From NCBI GenBank assembly GCA_964457525.1, contig CAYWGS010000034.1:1-14027 (forward strand): a stretch of DNA of 14,027 nucleotides. Reading direction: 5' to 3'. The notes under the pieces were generated by a model. The model had not been told where the DNA came from. It saw nothing but the letters and a program-made list of their open reading frames with translations, and made no database searches. Positions 1-7,241 of this stretch are shown here, in pieces (within the stretch, counting starts at the first letter, position 1; every line of letters begins with the position of its first letter). The translations under genes and the position numbers were made by a program. This DNA is from an uncultured Erysipelotrichaceae bacterium. Its GTDB lineage: Bacteria > Bacillota_I > Bacilli_A > Erysipelotrichales > Erysipelotrichaceae.

Positions 1-118
1 GATTATATTTGGTTTACTATTTGTAAAATTACTTACCTCATTCTTAACAAAAAAAAACTAAATCATAATAATTAGCCTTTTATTTTATATAAATATATAC
101 TTTTATTGATAATATACC

Positions 119-147
119 TTGACAGGCGAAGTATATCGTATTATTAT
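119..147 (+). promoter_or_regulatory. Putative sigma-A promoter of the PadR-family operon
   Basis: TTGACA at 119-124, a 17-nt spacer, then TATTAT at 142-147. It lies just upstream of the RBS-preceded ATG at 170. This is motif reading only, with no TSS data. Confidence 0.55.
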
Positions 148-169
148 GCAGATAGAGAGGAGTGATGTC

Positions 170-490
170 ATGAATATTACTTCAGATCTTCTTAGAGGTC
201 ATACTGAAACCATTATCCTTAAACACTTAATGGAAAAAGATAGTTATGGATATGAGATTAACAAATCCATACAAGAAAAAACAAACAATCAGTTCGAGCT
301 TAAAGAAGCAACCCTATATTCCGCATTTAGACGACTTGAGACAGCGGGGTTAATTACTTCCTATTGGGGAGATGAAGCCACAGGCGCAAGACGTCGTTAC
401 TACAAGATTACCTATGAAGGTAGAATGTTGTACCAACAAAACAAAAAGGATTGGGAAGAGGCTAAAAACCTTATCGACCAACTCATTTAG
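170..490 (+). CDS. PadR-family winged-helix transcriptional regulator (106 aa)
   Basis: Lies within ORF 119-490. I place the start at ATG 170 because GAGGAG (157-162) sits 7 nt upstream and the TTG at 119 is part of the -35 box. The sequence LLRGHTETIILKHLMEKDSYGYEI...LKEATLYSAFRRLETAGLITSYW...RRRYYKITYEG is the classic PadR wHTH pattern. Confidence 0.85.
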   Translation: MNITSDLLRGHTETIILKHLMEKDSYGYEINKSIQEKTNNQFELKEATLYSAFRRLETAGLITSYWGDEATGARRRYYKITYEGRMLYQQNKKDWEEAKNLIDQLI

Positions 491-498
491 GAGGACTT

Positions 499-1161
499 AT
501 GATCACAAGAATTAGACAGTATATTACACGAGCATTTGAAGATGTACCAAGAACAAAGAAATCGGTTGAGATGCAAGAAGAATTGATTAGTAATCTCATT
601 GAGAAATACAATGATCAACTTGCACAAAACAAGTCAGAAGAAGAGGCATACAATACTGTTATCGCTGGTATCGGTGATTTAAGTGAATTAACTGAAAGTT
701 TAAGAGAAAGACATGTATTGTCCTCTGAAACACCAGAAGAACGTAAGCGTACAGCACGTAATACAGCGTTTGCGGTTATGTTATTTATCTTAAGTCCAAT
801 GGCACTCATTGTTAGTGCAGAAGTATTAAAACAAGATATTCTTGGATTAGGACTTATGTTCACATTTATTGCGACGGGTACAGGTATTCTTATCTATACT
901 CAAGCAAGTAAGCCTAAGTATCTTAAAGAAGAAGAAACGATGATTGAAGAATTCAAAGAATGGAAGAGTAAAAAGAATCGTGACAAAGGATTGTTTGATG
1001 CCCTTAGCTCTGCGTATTGGTTAATCGTTGTGGCTGTTTACTTATATGTTAGTTTCACGTATTTTAATTGGCACTATTCCTGGATCATCTTCTTAATTGC
1101 TTCCGCAATCTTCAATATTTTCAAAGCTGTTATAGAAATGGGAAGACGTAATGATGAATAA
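499..1161 (+). CDS. DUF1700/HAAS-type membrane protein with an N-terminal cytoplasmic helical domain and about 4 TM helices; partner of PadR
   Basis: AGGAGG at 489-494 overlaps the padR stop. The N-terminus (IRQYITRAFEDVPRTKKSVEMQEELISNLIEKYNDQL...EEEAYNTVIAGIGDLSEL) matches the helical prefix domain typical of PadR-linked membrane proteins. It is followed by four hydrophobic segments. The family assignment comes from recall. Confidence 0.6.
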   Translation: MITRIRQYITRAFEDVPRTKKSVEMQEELISNLIEKYNDQLAQNKSEEEAYNTVIAGIGDLSELTESLRERHVLSSETPEERKRTARNTAFAVMLFILSPMALIVSAEVLKQDILGLGLMFTFIATGTGILIYTQASKPKYLKEEETMIEEFKEWKSKKNRDKGLFDALSSAYWLIVVAVYLYVSFTYFNWHYSWIIFLIASAIFNIFKAVIEMGRRNDE

Positions 1162-2062
1162 GTATGTTGTTGGTGCCATTAAAATAATTATCTATTCGTT
1201 TATCGCAATAGCTGGAACGTATATCTTCTTCTTACTCTTTAATTCACAACCACTCCCATTCTCTTTACAAATTGAGAAAGAACCTAACATCATTCTTCAA
1301 ACACTCGAATTGGATGATACCATTGATGCATTAGATTTAGAATGGTATGCAGGTGGCGTTGAAATTACGAAGAGTAACGATAATAAGATTCATATTGTAG
1401 AAAAATCTTCGACACAATTAGACGAAAGTAAGTGGGTAAAACCATTTGTATCGAATAATACATTAATCTTACATAGTCGAAATAAAACAAATGTTGTATT
1501 TTTCAATATTCAATCCCCACAATCTTACTTAGAACTTCAACTTCCTGAACAAGCGTATACAAAGTTTAAATTACTCCTTACTTCAGGAAGAACTACAATT
1601 ACTGATTTTGATGTTAATCAATTTGATCTAACCATGACATCGGGGAATCTTCATTTAAATGATCTTCAATCGGATGATATGAACATAACGATGACAAGTG
1701 GAGAAGCCTTCTTTATCCAAGTTCATACCAATGATTTAAATCTTGATATGACATCTGGTAACTCAAATTTTACTGGAACGGTAAAGAATGAATTGGACGT
1801 AGAAATGACCAGTGGTAATCTAGATATGGATTTAAGTACGGATTCTCCAAATGAAATGAATGTTGAAATGACTTCGGGGAATGCGACAGTTATCTTATCC
1901 GAAACTGAAGGATTTGAAGTTCGTGTGGATAAATCATCCGGAAACTTCAGAACCGATTCACTGATAAAAGAAGTCAATGATGAGTTGTATCAATACCTTG
2001 ATTCCAATCAAACATACTCAGTTGATATGACAAGTGGATCATTTGAAATCAAGTTACGATAG
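1151..2062 (+). CDS. DUF4097 (LiaG-like putative adhesin) protein: N-terminal TM anchor plus an extracytoplasmic beta-helical repeat domain
   Basis: The start ATG at 1151 (or 1154) overlaps the upstream stop at 1159-1161. There is one N-terminal TM segment (VVGAIKIIIYSFIAIAGTYIFFLLF). Eight x-(M/L/K)-(T/S)-SG-(N/E/R/S) rungs follow, which is characteristic of DUF4097. Confidence 0.7.
   Translation: MMNKYVVGAIKIIIYSFIAIAGTYIFFLLFNSQPLPFSLQIEKEPNIILQTLELDDTIDALDLEWYAGGVEITKSNDNKIHIVEKSSTQLDESKWVKPFVSNNTLILHSRNKTNVVFFNIQSPQSYLELQLPEQAYTKFKLLLTSGRTTITDFDVNQFDLTMTSGNLHLNDLQSDDMNITMTSGEAFFIQVHTNDLNLDMTSGNSNFTGTVKNELDVEMTSGNLDMDLSTDSPNEMNVEMTSGNATVILSETEGFEVRVDKSSGNFRTDSLIKEVNDELYQYLDSNQTYSVDMTSGSFEIKLR
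1577..2041 (+). repeat. Intragenic periodic coding repeat (beta-helix rungs) in the DUF4097 gene
   Basis: The motif codons (ATG-AC-N TC/AG-N GG-N) start at 1577, 1634, 1691, 1748, 1805, 1868, 1931 and 2027. The spacings are 57, 57, 57, 57, 63, 63 and 96 nt, i.e. mostly 19-21 residue rungs. Confidence 0.7.
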
Positions 2063-2084
2063 AAAAAGACCTTTCGGTCTTTTT
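2063..2084. terminator. Bidirectional rho-independent terminator between the DUF4097 gene and tpl
   Basis: AAAAAGACC (2063-2071), loop TTTC, GGTCTTTTT (2076-2084). A-run and T-run flank it, so it reads as hairpin plus U-tract on both strands. It sits exactly between the two convergent stop codons at 2062 and 2088. Confidence 0.7.
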
Positions 2085-2087
2085 TGT

Positions 2088-3473
<1,386 letters not shown>

Positions 3474-3482
3474 TTAAAAACT

Positions 3483-3511
3483 ACTTTATCGATGATTGTA
3501 AGCGCTGTCAA
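3483..3511 (-). promoter_or_regulatory. Putative sigma-A promoter of tpl
   Basis: On the minus strand: TTGACA (3511-3506), a 17-nt spacer, then TAAAGT (3488-3483). It lies about 20 nt upstream of the AAGGAG RBS. Confidence 0.5.
3497..3510. promoter_or_regulatory. cre (catabolite-responsive element, CcpA operator) overlapping the tpl promoter
   Basis: TGTAAGCGCTGTCA matches all fixed positions of the Firmicutes cre consensus TGWNANCGNTNWCA on both strands (and of TGWAANCGNTNWCA on the + strand). It covers 5 of the 6 bases of the -35 hexamer plus part of the spacer. Confidence 0.6.
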
Positions 3512-3549
3512 TGAATCTTTGGGATGTAAATGATGATAATAAAAGAAAA

Positions 3550-3574
3550 AATATTTACAAAATTTGTAAATATT
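3550..3574 (-). terminator. 25-bp perfect palindrome; probable AT-rich intrinsic terminator of the SatP-like gene, or alternatively an upstream operator of tpl
   Basis: AATATTTACAAA (3550-3561), centre base 3562, TTTGTAAATATT (3563-3574), with no mismatch. On the minus strand it starts 22 nt after the stop codon and is followed by TTTTTCTTTT. The stem has only one G-C pair, so stability is modest. Confidence 0.45.
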
Positions 3575-3596
3575 CTCTGTAAAAATTTTATTGATA

Positions 3597-4145
3597 TTAA
3601 AGTGGGAAAATCGTCTTCTTATGTTCGTTATTTACAATCTGTCCAACAGCGCTATAGAAAGCTGAAGCACCACAGAAGATACCAACATAACCAGCGACTA
3701 ATGTGATGACATGATTACCAGTAAAGTCACCGAGTGCGAGTAAGATAAATAATACAGTCAATGATCCAAATACGATTTGAGTAATACGATTGTGGGTTAA
3801 TGTGCCTATAAACATGAAGCCAGTAAAGATTCCCCAAATAAGTAGATAGTATCCCATAGAGATTTTATCTGCTTCTAAGCCTGCTGGAGCTAATGTCCAA
3901 ATAATGACCAATGACCACCAGAATGCACCATACGCAATGAACGCTGTTCCTGCAAAGGTATTGCCTTGTTTCATTTCAAATATACCTGCAATGAGTTGCG
4001 CCAAACCACCCAAAGCGACACCCATCCCTATAATTACAATCGAGAGTGGAATAATATCCGCATTATGTAAATTTAATAGGATGGTTGTTGTGCCAAACCC
4101 GAGTAATCCTAAAGGACCTGGGTTTGCGAATTTCTTTTCTACCAT
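3597..4145 (-). CDS. GPR1/FUN34/YaaH-family (SatP-like) acetate/succinate-type anion channel
   Basis: Contains the family signature N-P-x-P-L-G-L-x-G-F (ANPGPLGLLGFG) at the N-terminus. It has six hydrophobic helices and is 182 aa long, typical of the family. RBS AAGGAG lies 6 nt upstream of the ATG at 4145. Confidence 0.85.
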   Translation of the reverse strand: MVEKKFANPGPLGLLGFGTTTILLNLHNADIIPLSIVIIGMGVALGGLAQLIAGIFEMKQGNTFAGTAFIAYGAFWWSLVIIWTLAPAGLEADKISMGYYLLIWGIFTGFMFIGTLTHNRITQIVFGSLTVLFILLALGDFTGNHVITLVAGYVGIFCGASAFYSAVGQIVNNEHKKTIFPL

Positions 4146-4165
4146 GATTTCTCCTTAAATCCCGC

Positions 4166-4193
4166 TATCAAGCCATACTAGTATATCAAGCCA
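4166..4193. repeat. Two exact 10-bp direct repeats (TATCAAGCCA on +, TGGCTTGATA on -) around the -10 of the SatP-like promoter; candidate operator
   Basis: Copies at 4166-4175 and 4184-4193 start 18 nt apart. Read on the minus strand, one copy overlaps the spacer and first bases of the -10, and the other covers the predicted +1 region. Confidence 0.55.
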
Positions 4194-4208
4194 AAACATG
4201 AATATCAA
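4180..4208 (-). promoter_or_regulatory. Putative sigma-A promoter of the SatP-like gene
   Basis: On the minus strand: TTGATA (4208-4203), a 17-nt spacer, then TATACT (4185-4180). Confidence 0.5.
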
Positions 4209-4215
4209 TTCATAT

Positions 4216-4244
4216 TTGATTACTCAAGGTTAAAGTGCTATTCT
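4216..4244 (+). promoter_or_regulatory. Putative extended -10 promoter of the PAS-GGDEF-HD-GYP gene
   Basis: TTGATT (4216-4221), a 17-nt spacer ending in TG (4236-4237), then TATTCT (4239-4244). RBS GAGGGG at 4273-4278 precedes the ATG at 4282. Confidence 0.4.
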
Positions 4245-4281
4245 AAGGTTACAGAGGGTCTAGTTTATATGTGAGGGGACA

Positions 4282-6036
4282 ATGACCAATCAAAACTGTT
4301 CACAAATCATTGAGAATTTTCCGATTGGATTTATCTATCTAAAGACTTTTTATAATGAAGAAAATAAACCAATTGATTTTGTTGTGACTGGAGTCAATAA
4401 TGAGTTTGAACAACTCTTTAATATAGACCGAAAAAAAATAATCAATAAGCGATTAAGTGAGACCGAGAAAATTACTCCATTCAACCAATCAGAATTTATT
4501 CCTAAGTTACTGAGATTAAATGAATCATCCGATAAATTCGTTTATAACAAATACAATTTGAAACTGAATAAGTGGTTAAAGATATCCGTCTATCATGCGA
4601 ATAAAGATGAAGTCGCAATATTCTTTTCAGATATCACCCAGAGTATTCAACCCTTTAATGATGCGTCTATCTTATTTAATATCGCATCCGATCTATTTGC
4701 GATCTCAGATTTGAGTGGTCAATATCTTCAAGTCAATCAGATATGGTCAAATGCCTATGGATATTCCATTAGTGAAGTTGAGCATTGTTATATGTGGGAC
4801 TTTGTACCTGCAGATGAATATACAACGATAAAAAACACTTTAACACAAATAGTCAATGCGAATGAAAACATTAACTACACCGCACGTTTACGGCATAAAA
4901 ATGGAAATGTAAGTTATATAGAATGGTCTTCGCAGAGACAAGGCAATCGTATCTATTCTGTTGGACGAGATGTAACTGAGCGAATCTATCGTGAAGAAGA
5001 GATAGAATACCTCAGTTTTCATGATGTATTAACGGGTTTACACAATCGTAGATTCTTAGAAGAAGAGATGAAACGTCTTAATACCCATCGTAATTTACCT
5101 ATTTCTTTAATCATGTGTGATGTGAATCGTTTGAAACTCATCAATGATGTATTTGGTCATGAAAAAGGTGATGAACTAATTAAGTATGCGGCTAATACAA
5201 TTCGTGAAAGTTGTCGACCTGAAGATTTAGTAGCACGTTGGGGTGGTGATGAATTCATCGTATTCTTGCCTAAGACGGCTTATGAAGATGCGATAAAGAT
5301 TACGGATCGGATTAAAGAAAACTCAAAGAAGTATGATATCAATTCTCTTGAATTATCCATCGCATGTGGTGTTAGTACAAAAGAAGATGATTACTATGGT
5401 CTACAAGATTTATTGCGTAATTCTGAAGATGCGATGTATCGTGAAAAGAGTGTTGAGAGTTCTAGAAATCGTAAAGATATGGTTGGGATTATTGCTCAAG
5501 CCTTGTTTGAAAAGAGCCCTCAAGAAGAAGCACATGCTAAACGAGTCAGTATGTTATGTCATTATCTCGCTGTTGCGCTTAAATGTTCTAAAGATGATGT
5601 TCGCAAAGCTGAGGTTGCAGGCTTGTTTCATGATATAGGAAAAGTTGCGATTAGTAGCGATATCTTACTTAAGAACTCTGAACTCGATGATAAAGAATGG
5701 CAAATCATTAAGCAACATACTGAAATCGGTTCAAAGGTCGTTGGAGATGCGTCAGAGTTTAAAGAAATTGGTAAAGCAATTCTTCATCATCATGAACGCT
5801 ATGATGGTAATGGTTATCCAAGTGGTATGAAATGGGATGAGATTCCTCTAATCTCTAGAATCATTGCCCTTGCGGAAGCATTTGATTCAATTCATCAGAG
5901 AAATGATTCACACAATAATGATACGATCTCAGACATAATAAATGAGATACGTAGAAATAAATCAACACAATTTGATCCATTTATTACCGAAGTATTTATT
6001 AAAGATGTCATAGAAAAGCTCTATATAAGAAAATGA
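4282..6036 (+). CDS. Cytoplasmic PAS-PAS-GGDEF-HD-GYP protein (putative bifunctional diguanylate cyclase / c-di-GMP phosphodiesterase)
   Basis: There are no TM segments. Two PAS-like modules occupy roughly residues 1-120 and 130-235. The GGDEF domain (FHDVLTGLHNRR...) has an intact GGDEF motif at 5242-5256 and RPED five residues upstream (I-site RxxD). The HD-GYP domain has HD at 5629-5634, HHHERYDGNGYP and GYP at 5812-5820. Confidence 0.9.
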   Translation: MTNQNCSQIIENFPIGFIYLKTFYNEENKPIDFVVTGVNNEFEQLFNIDRKKIINKRLSETEKITPFNQSEFIPKLLRLNESSDKFVYNKYNLKLNKWLKISVYHANKDEVAIFFSDITQSIQPFNDASILFNIASDLFAISDLSGQYLQVNQIWSNAYGYSISEVEHCYMWDFVPADEYTTIKNTLTQIVNANENINYTARLRHKNGNVSYIEWSSQRQGNRIYSVGRDVTERIYREEEIEYLSFHDVLTGLHNRRFLEEEMKRLNTHRNLPISLIMCDVNRLKLINDVFGHEKGDELIKYAANTIRESCRPEDLVARWGGDEFIVFLPKTAYEDAIKITDRIKENSKKYDINSLELSIACGVSTKEDDYYGLQDLLRNSEDAMYREKSVESSRNRKDMVGIIAQALFEKSPQEEAHAKRVSMLCHYLAVALKCSKDDVRKAEVAGLFHDIGKVAISSDILLKNSELDDKEWQIIKQHTEIGSKVVGDASEFKEIGKAILHHHERYDGNGYPSGMKWDEIPLISRIIALAEAFDSIHQRNDSHNNDTISDIINEIRRNKSTQFDPFITEVFIKDVIEKLYIRK

Positions 6037-6063
6037 TTAGTCAATATACAGACTAATCATTTT
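6030..6063. terminator. Bidirectional hairpin terminator lying inside the 3' ends of two convergent, abutting genes
   Basis: AAAATGATTAGTC (6030-6042), an 8-nt loop, GACTAATCATTTT (6051-6063); a perfect 13-bp stem. It is flanked by an A-rich stretch on the left and T-rich stretch on the right. The + gene stop TGA is at 6034-6036 and the - gene stop is at 6037-6039. Confidence 0.65.
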
Positions 6064-6696
6064 TATTCCTTCATTAAAATCCTGTACTTCACCAAATAGA
6101 ATTAAATCATCCGTATCAATTCTTCCTCGATCTGGAACATAAATGACATCTAACCCTGCATTATTACAGGCTTGTATCCCATTCTTAGAGTCTTCAAACA
6201 CAATGATTTGTGAAGCATCGAAGCCAGACTGAGAAATTGCTTTTAAATAAATCTCTGGATTTGGTTTCGAATCGTGTACATCATCTCCAAAAAGAATGAA
6301 TTTAAATCGATGAAGTAGATTAAAGCAACTTAATACCTGAGTTGCTTTATCTCTTATTGTAGAAGTTACTAGTGCAAACGGTATTCCTTTAGAATCAAGA
6401 TAATCCATTATCTCGAGAGCATAGGGTTTTAAATGCACTTCCTGATTATGTAGTTTTTGATAGAAACGCTCATCTCTTACTTTACGTAGATTAAGTGTTT
6501 TTTCCATATCCCCAACAAACTCATTGATACGTTCGTTGATAAGACGATTGTTGCGACCTCTCCAATGCATAATCTCATCGAGTTCAATGGGTATATTCAT
6601 TTCTTGAAACAATTCATACCATGCATGGACATAGACAATTTCACTATCAATTAAGCATCCATCCATGTCAAAAAATACCATCTTAATATTTTTCAT
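6037..6696 (-). CDS. HAD-IA superfamily hydrolase (beta-phosphoglucomutase / sugar-phosphatase-like)
   Basis: Motif I is FFDMDGCLIDSE. Motif II is a Thr/Ser in LVTST. Motif III is SKPNPE and motif IV is FEDSKNG. A helical cap lies between motifs I and II. Confidence 0.8.
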   Translation of the reverse strand: MKNIKMVFFDMDGCLIDSEIVYVHAWYELFQEMNIPIELDEIMHWRGRNNRLINERINEFVGDMEKTLNLRKVRDERFYQKLHNQEVHLKPYALEIMDYLDSKGIPFALVTSTIRDKATQVLSCFNLLHRFKFILFGDDVHDSKPNPEIYLKAISQSGFDASQIIVFEDSKNGIQACNNAGLDVIYVPDRGRIDTDDLILFGEVQDFNEGIKMISLYID

Positions 6697-6733
6697 ATAC
6701 CTTGTTTCATTTCCTCATTGATTCGATTAAACA

Positions 6734-7225
6734 TTAAACTTTTTTATACCAATCTTTAAAATTGATTCGATTACTATCCGGCAACATCTGAAAGAAGATT
6801 TCCACTTGATTTTCCTGTGCCATTTGAGCACAATGTTCTGTTTCTTCGTTAGACAAGAAGACACTAGAAATTACCATCTGTGTATCCTTCTTCTTTGACA
6901 CTCCACCGATATTGATTTGAGTAACCGGTAATCCTGATTTTATGCATTCATGCACGGTTAGAATCGATTTAAATAACAGTAATGCTTTATAGTCTTCAAA
7001 CTCTTGATTATGCCAATAGTTAAGTACTTCTTCTGTACTAAAAACCTTGATCGCAAAACCTGATCGTGATCCTGAACTAATAAAAATCTGTTTCATGAAA
7101 TCATCTTTTGCGACATCATTGTCCACAATAAAGATCGCATTAATCCCAAGACCCTTAGACCATTTTGTCATAACCTGACCATGAATGAGTCGATCATCAA
7201 TTCGTGTTAATTGTATTTTCCCCAT
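6734..7225 (-). CDS. PTS mannose/fructose/sorbose-family EIIB component
   Basis: TRIDDRLIHGQVMTKW contains the phosphorylatable His, as in the ManX IIB domain. It is collinear by eye with the E. coli ManX C-terminal domain (LLF...V....G......N.GG). RBS AAGAGG lies upstream. Confidence 0.9.
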   Translation of the reverse strand: MGKIQLTRIDDRLIHGQVMTKWSKGLGINAIFIVDNDVAKDDFMKQIFISSGSRSGFAIKVFSTEEVLNYWHNQEFEDYKALLLFKSILTVHECIKSGLPVTQINIGGVSKKKDTQMVISSVFLSNEETEHCAQMAQENQVEIFFQMLPDSNRINFKDWYKKV

Positions 7226-7241
7226 TTTCTTACCTCTTTAG

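Noticed and set aside
1-75. Open frame running off the left edge (DYIWFTICKITYLILNKKKLNHNN-stop), and open frames running off the right edge on the minus strand (13945-14027)
   Set aside because: These fragments are too short and AT-biased to distinguish a real gene end from noise. At the right edge two frames are open and one closes immediately. They cannot be supported without flanking sequence.
119-169. N-terminal 17-codon extension of the PadR ORF from a TTG at 119
   Set aside because: The TTG is the first three bases of a TTGACA -35 box. A strong GAGGAG RBS sits 7 nt before the ATG at 170, and the PadR fold begins right after that Met.
615-863. 82-aa antisense ORF inside the DUF1700-type gene, and the similar 84-aa antisense ORF at 1723-1977 inside the DUF4097 gene
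   Set aside because: Both are shadow ORFs lying entirely within well-supported genes on the opposite strand. They have low-complexity, unrecognisable sequence and no RBS. The second simply mirrors the repeat periodicity.
3550-3574. Palindrome as a TyrR box (TGTAAA-N6-TTTACA)
   Set aside because: The hexamers are present but in the reverse relative order (TTTACA-N5-TGTAAA). TyrR is a proteobacterial regulator not expected in this lineage, so this is noted only as a coincidence.
3904-4158. 84-aa + strand ORF antisense to the SatP-like gene
   Set aside because: It is a shadow of a membrane-protein gene, Pro-rich, with no RBS, and it runs into the real gene's RBS region.
5333-5830. Two same-strand, out-of-frame ORFs (5333-5638 and 5645-5830) inside the GGDEF-HD-GYP gene
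   Set aside because: The main frame carries intact GGDEF and HD-GYP motifs across this region. The alternative frames are Lys/Leu/Ile-rich artefacts of AT-rich codon usage.
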